Below, piece after piece: positions 1 through 10,608 of a DNA stretch of 64,000 nt. How positions within the stretch are numbered: the stretch's first letter is position 1; each line of letters opens with the position of its first letter. The stretch is taken from NCBI GenBank assembly GCA_038279365.1, contig JAYODI010000006.1, positions 4,354 to 68,353 on the forward strand, read 5' to 3'. Under the pieces are notes generated by a model that made no database searches, was not told where the DNA came from, and saw nothing but the letters and a program-made list of their open reading frames with translations. A program made the translations under genes and the position numbers. This DNA comes from Candidatus Latescibacterota bacterium (lineage in GTDB: Bacteria > Latescibacterota > UBA2968).

Positions 1-1224
1 TTTCCACACGCAAAGGGCCATCTCACGCTTCGCAGTTCTCAGCCCAATTCCTTTTCACCAACTGACATCGAGTTTTTAGAACAGGTCATTGCCGTAATAT
101 CCATTAGCATTTCAAGAATAGAAGATCTCGAAATTGTGGAAAAAACACGCTTAAAGCATGAAGCAATGGTCAACTCGATTGATGGCATTGTGTGGGAGGC
201 CGATGCCAAAACATTTGAATTTACATTTGTGAGCAAACAAGCAGAACGCCTGTTGGGCTACCCTGTTCAACAATGGCAAAATGAAAAAGATTTCTGGAAA
301 AACCACATTCATCCCGATGATCGTGATTGGGCAATAGCATTTTGCCAACAAGCCACAACCGAAAACCGCAACCATGAATTTGAATACCGCATGCAAACCG
401 CAAACGGCAACTATATTTGGCTACACGATATTGTATCGGTCATCAGCCAAGGAGAACGCCCTGTTTTGGTGCAAGGGGTGATGATTGATGTGACAAAACG
501 CAAAGAAATGGAACAGGAGTTGATTCGTATTCAGCGCCTGAACGCCGTAAGGGAACTGTCGGCGGGTATTTGTCACAATTTGAACAACATTTTGGTGGGG
601 GTCGTTGGCCCAGCACAACTCTTGCAAATGACCACCAAAAATCCAGAAGCATTAGAAGAAATTGAAAACATTTTAAATGCCGGATTAAGAGCCAAAGAAT
701 TAGTACATCGTCTTCATTTGTCTACACGAGGTCTGGATGATATGCCTTGTGCCACAAACCTCAACACCGTTGTTGAACAAGCCGTACAAATTACACGCCC
801 ACGTTGGAAAGATCAGTGTGAAGCTTTGGGAAAAGTCATTCAAGTTCATACCCAGCTCCAACCTCTGCCCAATGTGTTGGCAACCCAATCGGGCCTCTTA
901 GATGTCGTGGTCAACCTCATATTTAATGCCGTAGATGCCATGCCTCAAGGCGGTGAAATAATCATTTCTACCACACAAAATAATAACCAGGCCTTATTAA
1001 CCATTAAAGACACCGGTATAGGTATGTCTGAAAGTGTGCAGGCTAAGATTTTTGAACCCTTTTTTACCACCAAAAAGACCGTCGGTACGGGGCTTGGACT
1101 TTCAACGACTTACAAAGCCATCCACAGTTGGCAAGGCCAGATTGAAGTGATCAGTGCTCCCAACCAAGGAACAACATTTGCAATTTGGTTGCATTTACAA
1201 AAAAATACGGCGAAAACAACCTAA
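1..1224 (+). CDS. PAS-domain sensor histidine kinase (5' partial; frame is open from base 1)
   Basis: PAS/PAC (IHPDDR...EYRM...WLHD), H-box ELSAGICHNLNN, N-box NLIFNAVDAM, G1 DTGIGM, F-box FEPFFTTK, G2 GTGLGL; no stop in frame from 1 to 136. Confidence 0.9.
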   Translation, partial: FPHAKGHLTLRSSQPNSFSPTDIEFLEQVIAVISISISRIEDLEIVEKTRLKHEAMVNSIDGIVWEADAKTFEFTFVSKQAERLLGYPVQQWQNEKDFWKNHIHPDDRDWAIAFCQQATTENRNHEFEYRMQTANGNYIWLHDIVSVISQGERPVLVQGVMIDVTKRKEMEQELIRIQRLNAVRELSAGICHNLNNILVGVVGPAQLLQMTTKNPEALEEIENILNAGLRAKELVHRLHLSTRGLDDMPCATNLNTVVEQAVQITRPRWKDQCEALGKVIQVHTQLQPLPNVLATQSGLLDVVVNLIFNAVDAMPQGGEIIISTTQNNNQALLTIKDTGIGMSESVQAKIFEPFFTTKKTVGTGLGLSTTYKAIHSWQGQIEVISAPNQGTTFAIWLHLQKNTAKTT

Positions 1225-1246
1225 CCGATCCCATCAGTTACCGCAC

Positions 1247-1287
1247 AAAAAAACACCACTCTTAATTCATAAGCCGGGTGTTTTTTT
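1247..1287 (+). terminator. possible intrinsic terminator
   Basis: AAAAAAACACC/GGTGTTTTTTT inverted repeat just after the kinase stop; weak stem. Confidence 0.4.
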
Positions 1288-1376
1288 ACCTTTATCTCAC
1301 CAAAACTTCTCCCTGGTGCACCACGCACAACATCTCCCAAACCCATAAAAAACCCGAAACAATCGCAGATCATACA

Positions 1377-1405
1377 TTGTCATAAAAGCGTGTTTGCGAT
1401 ATATT
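1377..1405 (+). promoter_or_regulatory. putative sigma70 promoter
   Basis: TTGTCA-N17-TATATT upstream of the PhyH gene. Confidence 0.5.
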
Positions 1406-1459
1406 CCTCCTCGCAATAAAAAAGACGCACATTCAATTGGGGTGAAGATGGGAGTTGAC

Positions 1460-2227
1460 ATGACCACACTGACCAAAGAACAGATTGAAACATTTCACCG
1501 TGATGGCTTTATAAAATTGCCCAAACTGGTCGATATTAAAATTGTACAACAAATGGTCACCTTAACCGACCAATTTATGATCGACCAAATTCCGCCCATT
1601 GAATATGAAGCCGAATTGGGTTACCCGGGTGCACCGTCTACCACAGATGCAGATGGTGGACAAACCATTCGACGTTTTTTGCGCGCCATGAGCCGCCACC
1701 CCCTCTTTTTGGATTGGGCCACGTCGCCCAATGTTATCCAATTATTGCGCCCGATCTTGGGTCCAGATATTGTCATGCCGTTGGCGCACCACAACTGTAT
1801 CATGGTCAAAGACCCACGTTTTAGCAGCGACACGGGGTGGCATCAGGACATTCGGTTTTGGCATTTTGAACGCCAGGAACTCGTCAGCACCTTGTTGGCC
1901 CTCAACCATGCCAACATCGAAAATGGATGCCTGCGCTTTTTACCAGGCACCCACCGCATGACATTTCGCCCTGACCAACTGGACGAAAACACATTCTTAC
2001 GCACAGATCTCCCCGAAAACAATGCACTCATAGAAACAGAAGTCGGTGTGGATATGGAACCCGGCGACGTCGTTTTTTTTCATTGCAAAACTTTTCACGC
2101 CGCCACCCGAAACCGATCAAATGTGGCGCGTAAATCCGTTCTGTTTACTTATCGTCCCAAAGACAATCCGCCAAAATCAGGTACGCGCTCAGCATCTTTG
2201 CCTGAACTTCTATTACCTTCAAATTAA
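1460..2227 (+). CDS. phytanoyl-CoA dioxygenase (PhyH) family Fe(II)/2OG dioxygenase
   Basis: LTKEQIETFHRDGF start, WHQD and FHA iron ligands, NGCLRFLPGTH, GDVVFFH; ATG 1460 with GGAG RBS. Confidence 0.9.
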   Translation: MTTLTKEQIETFHRDGFIKLPKLVDIKIVQQMVTLTDQFMIDQIPPIEYEAELGYPGAPSTTDADGGQTIRRFLRAMSRHPLFLDWATSPNVIQLLRPILGPDIVMPLAHHNCIMVKDPRFSSDTGWHQDIRFWHFERQELVSTLLALNHANIENGCLRFLPGTHRMTFRPDQLDENTFLRTDLPENNALIETEVGVDMEPGDVVFFHCKTFHAATRNRSNVARKSVLFTYRPKDNPPKSGTRSASLPELLLPSN

Positions 2228-2243
2228 TATGTAGGGAGAAAAC

Positions 2244-2558
2244 ATGTCACAATTTGAAAATGTTACTGTTATCAAGGCTGCCAACATCTACTTTGATGGC
2301 CAAGTCACCAGCCGAGCCATTTTGTTTGCAGACGGCTCAAAAAAGACCTTGGGCATTATGAATCCTGGGGAATATGAATTTGGAACCGCTGAAAAAGAGA
2401 TTATGGAAATTTTAGCGGGCAAGCTGGACGTCTTGTTACCAGATTCATCTGATTGGCAGTCCTTTAAGGGCGGTGATACCTTTGAAGTACCTGCATCATC
2501 TAAATTTAAACTCAAAGTGCACAGCCTTACGGACTATTGTTGCTCTTACATTGCCTAA
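2244..2558 (+). CDS. ppnP: pyrimidine/purine nucleoside phosphorylase (YaiE/DUF1255 cupin)
   Basis: [26 protein letters not shown]-terminal YCCSY. Confidence 0.9.
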   Translation: MSQFENVTVIKAANIYFDGQVTSRAILFADGSKKTLGIMNPGEYEFGTAEKEIMEILAGKLDVLLPDSSDWQSFKGGDTFEVPASSKFKLKVHSLTDYCCSYIA

Positions 2559-2626
2559 GGTAAAAGTCCCAAAGTAATCATTCACGCCAACCAATGGCAA
2601 CGTTGTCCACCCAATGGGAGAAAACC

Positions 2627-3076
2627 ATGATCTTTGACATACTCGAAAATGCACATCTGTATCAATCGTTAAACTCAGGATTTGCCAAAGCCATTGAATT
2701 TTTGCAACGCCCCGACTTAAAAGAACTGCCCGTAGACACCTATGAAATTGATGGCAAGCGCATTTATGCCATGGTTGCCAAAGACCCAGGCCGTAAAAAA
2801 GAAGAAGCCCTCCTTGAAGCACATAATAAATACATAGACATCCAATTGGTACTCGATGGCATTGACACAATGGGCTGGAAACCACGTTCTGCCTGCAAAC
2901 AAGCCACCAGTGATTACGATTCTGAAAAAGATGTGCAACTCTTTAAAGACACACCCGACACGTGGTTGGCAACACACAGTGGTGCATTTGCCATCTTTTT
3001 CCCCGACGATGCACACATGCCCCTCATCGCATCCGGCATTCTGCACAAAGTTGTTGTCAAAATAGCCGTCGATTAG
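2627..3076 (+). CDS. YhcH/YjgK/YiaL family protein
   Basis: MIFD start with GGGAG RBS, LEAHNKYIDIQ, FAIFFPDDAHMP, KVVVKI. Confidence 0.9.
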   Translation: MIFDILENAHLYQSLNSGFAKAIEFLQRPDLKELPVDTYEIDGKRIYAMVAKDPGRKKEEALLEAHNKYIDIQLVLDGIDTMGWKPRSACKQATSDYDSEKDVQLFKDTPDTWLATHSGAFAIFFPDDAHMPLIASGILHKVVVKIAVD

Positions 3077-3186
3077 CGCTTATATGTATCATGGGGCTTT
3101 GCATGAGATAGGTCATCTGGCAAAGCCTCATTTTCTTTTGCCCTAAGAGCTGGTGATTTCTGAGATTGTATGAGGAAGGAAATAAA

Positions 3187-3480
3187 ATGTTCGCAGTCGT
3201 TTTCAGAGCCGAAATAAATGCCCTTGATGACACCTATCGTGTGATGGCGGCTCGAATGCGGGAATTGGCGATAAAAAAATATGGCTGCCTTGAATTCACG
3301 GCGGTCACAGAGGGCAACCAAGAAATTGCCATATCCTATTGGGAAAACCAAGCGCACATTCGGGCGTGGAAAAATGATGCTGAGCATTTGGTGGCCCAAC
3401 AACGGGGGCAATCGGAGTGGTATGCATCCTATCGGGTGCAAGTCATGGAAGTGGTTCGTGAATATAGTAAAAATGTATAG
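3187..3480 (+). CDS. antibiotic biosynthesis monooxygenase (ABM) family protein
   Basis: MFAVVFRA...ISYWE...IRAWK...EHL.AQ.RG..EWY..Y pattern; AGGA RBS. Confidence 0.85.
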   Translation: MFAVVFRAEINALDDTYRVMAARMRELAIKKYGCLEFTAVTEGNQEIAISYWENQAHIRAWKNDAEHLVAQQRGQSEWYASYRVQVMEVVREYSKNV

Positions 3481-3584
3481 ATACTACTTAGCCACGAAAA
3501 TACATAAAACAATTAAATACAAATATTTAAAATGAAAATTTCTAATAATTCTACATAAACATTTTTTTATAGAACCAAAATATT

Positions 3585-3630
3585 CACAAAAAAGCGGGCA
3601 TTCCAAATAGGAATCGCCCGCTTTTTTGTG
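3585..3630. terminator. bidirectional intrinsic terminator between convergent genes
   Basis: CACAAAAAAGCGGGC ATTCC/GGAAT..GCCCGCTTTTTTGTG hairpin with A/T tracts on both sides. Confidence 0.85.
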
Positions 3631-3694
3631 CGTAACCTCATCTATCACCTTTTAAATAATCGGTATAACCCTGTTCGCCAGAGTCAAAATACGC

Positions 3695-3770
3695 CCAGCC
3701 CCCCCCACCTTCAGCACGTAGATAGGGTTTAAGCTGATAGCTGATGGCTGATGGCTGATGGCTGATTGCT
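3695..3770 (-). repeat. heptamer tandem array (GCTGATN x5) plus dispersed core, copy A
   Basis: 3733-3770 GCTGATA GCTGATG GCTGATG GCTGATG GCTGATT GCT; adjacent core on minus strand TTAAACCCTA TCTACGTGCTG AAGGTGGGGGGGGC. Confidence 0.85.
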
Positions 3771-3774
3771 CCCA

Positions 3775-5112
3775 TTAAAACGCACTTAAATCTTGCATCA
3801 CCAACCCACTAAATACCTTGGGGTAAAAAAACGTGGACTTGGGCGGCATGCGCTCGTCATTGAGCACCACATTTCGCAATTGATCCATTCCTGTCGAATT
3901 GAGGAAAAAGCCCACACGGTCTTTGGCGCCATTGACAATCTTGAGCACATCGGCTTCTACTTTCACAAACTGCACCTTCTCGCCCTTGATCAGCGTCTCT
4001 GTGTCCAAGTCCAACACTTTCCCCAACGTCATTTGCAACAAAGCCGTATCGAGCGTTTGCCACGCTTCGGAATGACCTTCTACATCCAGTGCAGACAGAT
4101 CCACGCCAGATTTTAAAGTCAAAAACAACACCCGTGACAAATCGCCCGCGCACATCGCCAAAACGGGCGCACCACTTTTGCGCGCCTCAAGGGCTTTCAT
4201 CACCTCAGAGGACGACGCAAAAGACAGCGTTTCAACCGTAAAATACTCGGCCAACCCACTTTCTAAAGCCGCAATACCCCCTTGACCCAAATCGACCACC
4301 ACACGGTGAATGGGGTTAACCGCCAACCCATCTGAATCATCCATATTCACCAAAGTTTGCATCCCAAAACCGTAAGGCTTGTCAGATGCATCGGTCACCC
4401 CCTCTTTGGCCATTCGCTCATTGCGATAGGTCACCGATGTTTCATAACGATGATGCCCATCGGCAATAAACAACGGCTTGTCTTTTAACACCTCGGCAAT
4501 GCCCGTCAACGTGGCTGAATCTGTGATTTGCCAAAACTTGTGTGTCACCCCTTCACCATCCACATATTCAAACAAAGGCGCCCCCCCCACGTGGGCATTG
4601 ATCAACGCCTGAACCTTGTGCTCAGGATCCGAATAAAGTGAGAAAATTTGGCCAAATGCCCCACCGGTGTGGCGCATCAATTCCAACCGATCTGCTTTTG
4701 GCCCGGGCATCGTGTGCTCGTGGGGCAAAATAGACCCCTCGCCCAACGGCTCAATCTTCACCAATGTAACAATGCCCCACCGCGTTTTGGCTACGGGGCC
4801 ATCGGGTGTTTGCGCCAAAAAATCTTGGGCATAAACGTAAATACTGGGCACGTCGTCTTTCACCAAATCACCCGATTTTAGCCAACCCAAAAAACAATCT
4901 GCAGCGCGGGTATACTTATTGACCTGGGCCGAATCACCCACTTCTTCTTTGCCCTGAATAATGCGCACCACATTGTTGGGGTGTGCATCGTATAATGCTT
5001 GTTGCATCTTCTCATCAATCACATCATAAGGAGGTGATACCAATTTACCAGCCTCATTGCCCAACTTTTCCAAATGGTATCGAATACCTCGAAACGGTCT
5101 AATCTGTGCCAT
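3775..5112 (-). CDS. DUF1015 family protein (ParB/Srx-like fold)
   Basis: IRPFRGIRY, SPPYDVI, ILPHEHT, IADGHHRYETS, MPPKSTFFYPK. Confidence 0.92.
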   Translation of the reverse strand: MAQIRPFRGIRYHLEKLGNEAGKLVSPPYDVIDEKMQQALYDAHPNNVVRIIQGKEEVGDSAQVNKYTRAADCFLGWLKSGDLVKDDVPSIYVYAQDFLAQTPDGPVAKTRWGIVTLVKIEPLGEGSILPHEHTMPGPKADRLELMRHTGGAFGQIFSLYSDPEHKVQALINAHVGGAPLFEYVDGEGVTHKFWQITDSATLTGIAEVLKDKPLFIADGHHRYETSVTYRNERMAKEGVTDASDKPYGFGMQTLVNMDDSDGLAVNPIHRVVVDLGQGGIAALESGLAEYFTVETLSFASSSEVMKALEARKSGAPVLAMCAGDLSRVLFLTLKSGVDLSALDVEGHSEAWQTLDTALLQMTLGKVLDLDTETLIKGEKVQFVKVEADVLKIVNGAKDRVGFFLNSTGMDQLRNVVLNDERMPPKSTFFYPKVFSGLVMQDLSAF

Positions 5113-5195
5113 TTAATTCCATCTCCTTCAAAATGGATTGCACCCAAACACCTGTGCAATCAAGATATCCCCAATCCAATATTGACCCACAAAAC

Positions 5196-5223
5196 CAAAC
5201 CCCACCTTTTGAGATGGGGTTTG
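5196..5223 (-). terminator. possible terminator after metH
   Basis: CAAACCCCA/TGGGGTTTG stem followed by GTTTTG on the minus strand. Confidence 0.5.
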
Positions 5224-5256
5224 ATATTTACATTTTGGGAGCTCACAACGCAACCA

Positions 5257-8200
5257 TTATTTATAACCCAAATTGGGAGCCAACCACCGTTCCATTTCAG
5301 CCAGCGTCATCCCCTTGCGCTTGGCATAATCGACCACCTGATCTTCACCCACTTTGCCCACTGCAAAATATTGGGCCTCTGGGTGTGAAAAATACCACCC
5401 ACTCACAGAAGCTGCAGGAAACATTGCAAAACTCTCCGTTAAACGAATGCCCGTTTCTTTTTCAGCTCCCAACAAATCAAACAACGTGCGTTTTTCTGTG
5501 TGATCGGGGCAAGCCGGATAGCCAGGTGCGGGGCGAATGCCTCTGTATTTTTCTCGAATCAATTCTTCATTTGTCAAATTTTCATCTTGCCCATACCCCC
5601 AATCGCGTCGCGCTTGAGCGTGTAAATATTCGGCAAAGGCTTCGGCCAAACGATCGGCCAAGGCCTGAACCATAATGGCATTGTAATCGTCCAATTTTTC
5701 TTTAAATGCTTTGGCCCTTTCATCGGCACCCAAACCAGCCGTAAGTGCAAACCCTCCCACATAATCGGCCACATCAGAGCCCACGGGCGCCACAAAATCG
5801 GCCAGTGAAAAATAGGGCCCGCCCGTGCGCTTCTCTTGTTGCTGGCGCAACATATGCAAACGCACCCGTTCCTCTTTGCGATCTTCATTGCGATAAACAA
5901 CGATATCGTCACCATCGCTATTGGCAGGAAAAAATCCATAAACAGCTTCTGCTTGAAGCCACTTTTCAGCCATCACCCGATCCAACATCGTTTGGGCTTC
6001 ATCATATAACCGACGGGCTTCTTCACCTTTTTGAGGGTCATTGAAAATCTTGGGATAACTGCCCCGCAATTCCCACGTATGAAAAAAGGGTCCCCAGTCA
6101 ATATAATGCACAAGATCTGATATGTTCACATTGTGCGACCTAACGCCCGTAAAGGATGGGGTGGGCACACCCGCCCAATCCAACACGGGGCGGTTGGCTG
6201 CCGCATCGGTATAGTCAATCAAAGCCCGACGCGGTGTACCACCTTCAAAATCGACCAACGCTTGTTCTTGCTCCGCGCGGTTTTGATCAACAAAATCAGC
6301 TTTCAACTCATCATTTAACAAGGCCCCCACTACGTGTGCAGCCCGTGACGCATCTTTGACATGCACTGTGGCATCCGAATAGACGGGCGCAATTTTCACG
6401 GCGGTGTGCTTACGGCTGGTGGTTGCCCCACCAATGAGCAACGGCACCGAAAACCCTTCGCGTTTCATTTCTTCTGCCACATGAACCATTTCATTCAAAG
6501 AAGGTGTAATCAGACCACTCAACCCAATGATATCGACATTTTCTTCACGTGCCACCTTCAAAATCTGATCAGACGGCACCATCACGCCCAAATCAATCAC
6601 CTCATAATTGTTGCACCCCAACACCACACCCACAATATTTTTGCCAATGTCGTGTACGTCGCCCTTTACGGTGGCCATCAACACCTTGCCACGAGAACTG
6701 CCTCCGCCGGCTTTTTCGGCCTCAAGCAATGGGTGTAAATAAGCCACGGCTTGCTTCATCACACGCGCCGTTTTGACCACTTGTGGCAAAAACATTTTTC
6801 CAGCCCCAAACAAATCTCCCACCACATTCATGCCATCCATCAGGGGGCCTTCTATCAACTCAAGCGGTTTATACGTTTGTAATGCCTCTGTCAAATCGGT
6901 TTCCAAATGCTCACTGCGTCCATATAACAATGCATGTTTGAGCCGTGCCTCTACAGATCCTTCTCGCCACGCATCATCTTTCTCACGCGTTTTGCCCTTG
7001 GCCTTCACAGACTCTGCAAATTCGACCAAACGCTCGGTTGCATCTGCACGCCGATTAAACAACACATCTTCAATCACTTCTAAAAAGTCTTTGGGAATCT
7101 CTTCATAAACCATCAATTGACCCGCATTGACAATGCCCATATCCAAACCGGCCTTGATTGCGTGATACAAAAACGATGCATGAATGGCCTCACGCACATA
7201 ATCGTTGCCCCGAAACGAAAAAGAGACATTGCTCACCCCACCACTGGTTTTGGCACCCGGGCACACTTTCTTAATTTCTCGAACCGCTTCGATAAAGTTC
7301 ACGGCATAATCGTTGTGCTCTTCAATGCCAGTTGCCACAGTTAAAATATTGGGATCAAAAATGATGTCTGTTGGATGAACCCCTATTTCTTCGGTCAAAA
7401 TCTTATAGGCCCGCTGACAAATGCGCACCTTGTCTTCTATGGTGGTCGCCTGCCCTTCTTCATCAAAAGCCATTACCACCATCGCCGCACCATAGCGCAA
7501 AACGGTTTCGGCATGATGGCGAAACACATCTTCGCCCTCTTTTAAACTGATCGAATTGACAATGGCTTTGCCCTGTACACATTTTAAGCCCGCCTCAATC
7601 ACCTCAAAATCGGAACTGTCTATCATAATGGGCACACGTGAAATGTCGGGTTCGGCGGCAATGAGATTCAAAAAGGTTGTCATTTCGGCCTTTGAGTCCA
7701 ACAACCCCTCATCCAAGTTTACATCAATGATATTAGCCCCGCCTTCTACCTGGTCGCGTGCAACATCTAAGGCGGCTTGATACTCTTTATTTTTAATCAA
7801 TCGCGCAAACCGCTTTGACCCCGTCACATTGGTGCGCTCACCCACCATTATGAAATTGGAATCGGGATAAATAATCATGGGCTCCAAACCACTGTATCGA
7901 GACAATTCTGGCCGTTTGGGCGCAGTGCGAGGTGCCTTACCCTCTACCGCCTCGGCAATAGCCCGAATATGATCGGGTGTTGTACCACAACACCCACCCA
8001 CCATGTTTAACCAACCTTGTTCGGCAAAATCGCCCAAAACACCTGCCATATGTTTGGGTGTGTCATCGTATTCACCAAATTCGTTGGGCAAACCCGCATT
8101 GGGGTAACAACTGGTAAGCGCCGAAGAAAAATGAGACAACGTTTCAACATAAGGCCGCATGTCGTGAGCGCCCAAAGCACAGTTGATCCCCACACTCATC

Positions 8201-8919
8201 GGCTTCATATGGGCAATAGACAACCAAAAAGCCTCAATGGTTTGCCCCGACAAGGTACGGCCACTTTGATCGGTTATGGTTCCCGAAATCATCAAGGGCA
8301 CACGCACCTTGTGTTCTTTAAAATATTGGTCAATGGCAAATAAGGCCGCTTTGGCCGTCAACGTATCAAACACGGTTTCCGTCAGCAACACATCGACCCC
8401 ACCGTCCATTAATCCGCGCACCTGCTCATAATAAGAAGCAACCACCTGATCAAATGTGTGCGTGCGAAACCCAGGGTCATTCACATCGGGTGACAAAGAC
8501 AACGCAGCACTCGTTGGCCCAATGGCCCCCGCCACAAACCGAGGCTTATCGGGTGTTTTGGAAGAAAAGGCATCAACTGCCTTTCGCGCCACCTTTGCCG
8601 CTGCCAAATTGAGGTCGTAAACACACTCTTGTAACTGATACTCGGCCATTGAAATGGCCGTGGCATTAAATGTATTTGTCTCAATAATATCAGACCCAGC
8701 AGCCAAAAACTGGCAGTGCACTTCTTCAATCAAATCTGGTTGGGTCAACACCAAGAGATCATTGCATCCTTTGAGATCAACCGAATGGTTTTGAAAATCA
8801 CGGCCTCTAAAAGTAGATTCATCTAACTCATATGCCTGAATCATGGTGCCCATGGCACCGTCAAGCATCAAAATTCGATTGGCCAAAGCATCTTCTATTG
8901 GGTGTTTTTCTGCATGCAT
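5257..8919 (-). CDS. metH: cobalamin-dependent methionine synthase
   Basis: [37 protein letters not shown]12 motif, [12 protein letters not shown] activation domain; 1220 aa. Confidence 0.99.
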   Translation of the reverse strand: MHAEKHPIEDALANRILMLDGAMGTMIQAYELDESTFRGRDFQNHSVDLKGCNDLLVLTQPDLIEEVHCQFLAAGSDIIETNTFNATAISMAEYQLQECVYDLNLAAAKVARKAVDAFSSKTPDKPRFVAGAIGPTSAALSLSPDVNDPGFRTHTFDQVVASYYEQVRGLMDGGVDVLLTETVFDTLTAKAALFAIDQYFKEHKVRVPLMISGTITDQSGRTLSGQTIEAFWLSIAHMKPMSVGINCALGAHDMRPYVETLSHFSSALTSCYPNAGLPNEFGEYDDTPKHMAGVLGDFAEQGWLNMVGGCCGTTPDHIRAIAEAVEGKAPRTAPKRPELSRYSGLEPMIIYPDSNFIMVGERTNVTGSKRFARLIKNKEYQAALDVARDQVEGGANIIDVNLDEGLLDSKAEMTTFLNLIAAEPDISRVPIMIDSSDFEVIEAGLKCVQGKAIVNSISLKEGEDVFRHHAETVLRYGAAMVVMAFDEEGQATTIEDKVRICQRAYKILTEEIGVHPTDIIFDPNILTVATGIEEHNDYAVNFIEAVREIKKVCPGAKTSGGVSNVSFSFRGNDYVREAIHASFLYHAIKAGLDMGIVNAGQLMVYEEIPKDFLEVIEDVLFNRRADATERLVEFAESVKAKGKTREKDDAWREGSVEARLKHALLYGRSEHLETDLTEALQTYKPLELIEGPLMDGMNVVGDLFGAGKMFLPQVVKTARVMKQAVAYLHPLLEAEKAGGGSSRGKVLMATVKGDVHDIGKNIVGVVLGCNNYEVIDLGVMVPSDQILKVAREENVDIIGLSGLITPSLNEMVHVAEEMKREGFSVPLLIGGATTSRKHTAVKIAPVYSDATVHVKDASRAAHVVGALLNDELKADFVDQNRAEQEQALVDFEGGTPRRALIDYTDAAANRPVLDWAGVPTPSFTGVRSHNVNISDLVHYIDWGPFFHTWELRGSYPKIFNDPQKGEEARRLYDEAQTMLDRVMAEKWLQAEAVYGFFPANSDGDDIVVYRNEDRKEERVRLHMLRQQQEKRTGGPYFSLADFVAPVGSDVADYVGGFALTAGLGADERAKAFKEKLDDYNAIMVQALADRLAEAFAEYLHAQARRDWGYGQDENLTNEELIREKYRGIRPAPGYPACPDHTEKRTLFDLLGAEKETGIRLTESFAMFPAASVSGWYFSHPEAQYFAVGKVGEDQVVDYAKRKGMTLAEMERWLAPNLGYK

Positions 8920-9061
8920 AGATATATCCTACTGAAAACAAGTCAAAAGGATGAACGATAAGATGTTGTAAATTAGGGCAATCACCCAATATTGGCAATC
9001 AAGGCATCGTTGAATCTGCTGACGCAAGACTTCATCCCTCCCCCAAAAGACCCAAAAAGAC

Positions 9062-9146
9062 AAACGGCAAATGGCAAACGGAGCATCCTCTCCACGTTCG
9101 GAGTGACACCTCGTTTGCCATTTGCCGTTTCACATTTGCCCGTTGT
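9062..9146. repeat. heptamer-built perfect 19-bp inverted repeat
   Basis: AAACGGCAAATGGCAAACG (9062-9080) and CGTTTGCCATTTGCCGTTT (9112-9130), 31-nt spacer, further degenerate heptamers to ~9146. Confidence 0.9.
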
Positions 9147-9159
9147 CTTTTGCCTTTGG

Positions 9160-10509
9160 TTACTGCATATCTTGTCTCTTTTTGGCTTCGCGCCTTTTGG
9201 CAAAAGCCTTCTTCAAATTTTCATCCACATATTTCCCCTTCGTCTCTTCCCGACGGCTCTTGATAGAATCTTGAACCGAAGCCAGTTTGTTCTTTTCTTC
9301 ATCTGGGCGTGCATCGTCTTTCATGCGCTGGCCAATTGCAACCATCATTTTGCGATATGTGTTGTGATCTTCAGGGTTGGGATGCAAGGTAAAAGGTGGT
9401 ACAAACTTAATGCCTGGAAACTTTTTGCGCCGAGCAGGGTTGGTTTCTTGAGTCAAATCGCGTGGGAACAATTGAAACAGCAGGCGCAATTTGCCGGGTT
9501 CGGCATCGGTCATCTGCCCCAAAGTTAGCGGCAACCACACCTCTGATTCTTTGCCGATTTTTGTCCCAATGGTGCGCATCAACAACTCTTTAATTTCATC
9601 AGAAACTTCAAATTTCAGCAAAAAACCCAAAGCGGCATTGATCTTTTGCAAATTGTCATTGGGCTTGCGAAGCACCGAGGGGGCCAAAAAGTCGTGGTCA
9701 ATATCTGTAAGCGGATTGATGCTCACAAACATCGAAATTTCATCTACGCCAAACTCGATCAATGTGACTGGCGAAATCACCTTCTTCTCTTCAATCTTCT
9801 CAATATATTTTTCTAAAGTATCGGGAATCCCCTCAAAATAACCATTGCCCCCTCGTTTGGCCCACACCCCACCACCACCCAAAACATGAAGTTCGGGCGC
9901 AAAAACATAAGGAGAAATTTGATCTGCCGAAAAAGACTCGGGTGGATTTGGAAAAACGGTAATTTGATCCACACGAACCTGCAACACCTCTTCGCCCCGA
10001 TTCACACCCGACTCACCATATTTCTTTTCGGTGGCATCGCGCGACCCCACCCACGGCTTGCTGGGATCTTCTGGATTGGGAATAAACAGTGCCGTTTGCA
10101 CATAAGTCGCTTTGGCCGTAAAATAAAGTGTGTTGCCATCGGCTTCGGGAATGGCCATGCTGTAGCTAAATTCGATGGCCTCTCCTGGTTCTAATGGATT
10201 GTCTGCTGGAACAAAATTCCCTCCCTTGGTAGAACGCGGAAAAGTCATCACCAGCACAGGCTTAGGCCCACTTTTAAACTTATACATGCTGTAAGTATGA
10301 ATTTGCGCCTCACCACGCCCACTCACCAAAGAGGCCGCCTTAAGCTTAATTCGGCTCACATTGGCGGTCACGTTTTCTTCGCGCACACCTTTTAACAACA
10401 TATTTAAGATTGGAGGCTTCGACACCACCTGTATGCGACTAAAGTTTGGCTTAGCACTTGCGGCCGTTGGGGCAGCCTCTTTTTTTTTGCCCCCAAATAA
10501 ATTCAGCAT
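9160..10509 (-). CDS. hypothetical protein (possibly degenerate YcgR/PilZ-like)
   Basis: 449-aa ORF with GAGGA RBS and its own promoter; no family motif recognised with certainty. Confidence 0.8.
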   Translation of the reverse strand: MLNLFGGKKKEAAPTAASAKPNFSRIQVVSKPPILNMLLKGVREENVTANVSRIKLKAASLVSGRGEAQIHTYSMYKFKSGPKPVLVMTFPRSTKGGNFVPADNPLEPGEAIEFSYSMAIPEADGNTLYFTAKATYVQTALFIPNPEDPSKPWVGSRDATEKKYGESGVNRGEEVLQVRVDQITVFPNPPESFSADQISPYVFAPELHVLGGGGVWAKRGGNGYFEGIPDTLEKYIEKIEEKKVISPVTLIEFGVDEISMFVSINPLTDIDHDFLAPSVLRKPNDNLQKINAALGFLLKFEVSDEIKELLMRTIGTKIGKESEVWLPLTLGQMTDAEPGKLRLLFQLFPRDLTQETNPARRKKFPGIKFVPPFTLHPNPEDHNTYRKMMVAIGQRMKDDARPDEEKNKLASVQDSIKSRREETKGKYVDENLKKAFAKRREAKKRQDMQ

Positions 10510-10560
10510 AATCAATTCCTCACAAACGCACAATGAGTGGCTTTATGTTGTAATAACACA

Positions 10561-10589
10561 AGGTTAAAGAGTATGGCACACGGTGTCAA
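10561..10589 (-). promoter_or_regulatory. putative sigma70 promoter
   Basis: minus strand TTGACA-N17-TAACCT upstream of the 10509 start. Confidence 0.6.
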
Positions 10590-10608
10590 GAGAAATAAGG
10601 CCTTTGAC

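Noticed and set aside
5106-8729. Numerous antisense and alternate-frame ORFs over metH and other long genes
   Set aside because: Shadow ORFs fully overlapping well-supported genes, with no motifs; probably favoured by the strand skew.
8920-9160. SAM or cobalamin riboswitch upstream of metH
   Set aside because: No recognisable SAM-I or B12-box consensus on the minus strand; the structure present is the heptamer inverted repeat.
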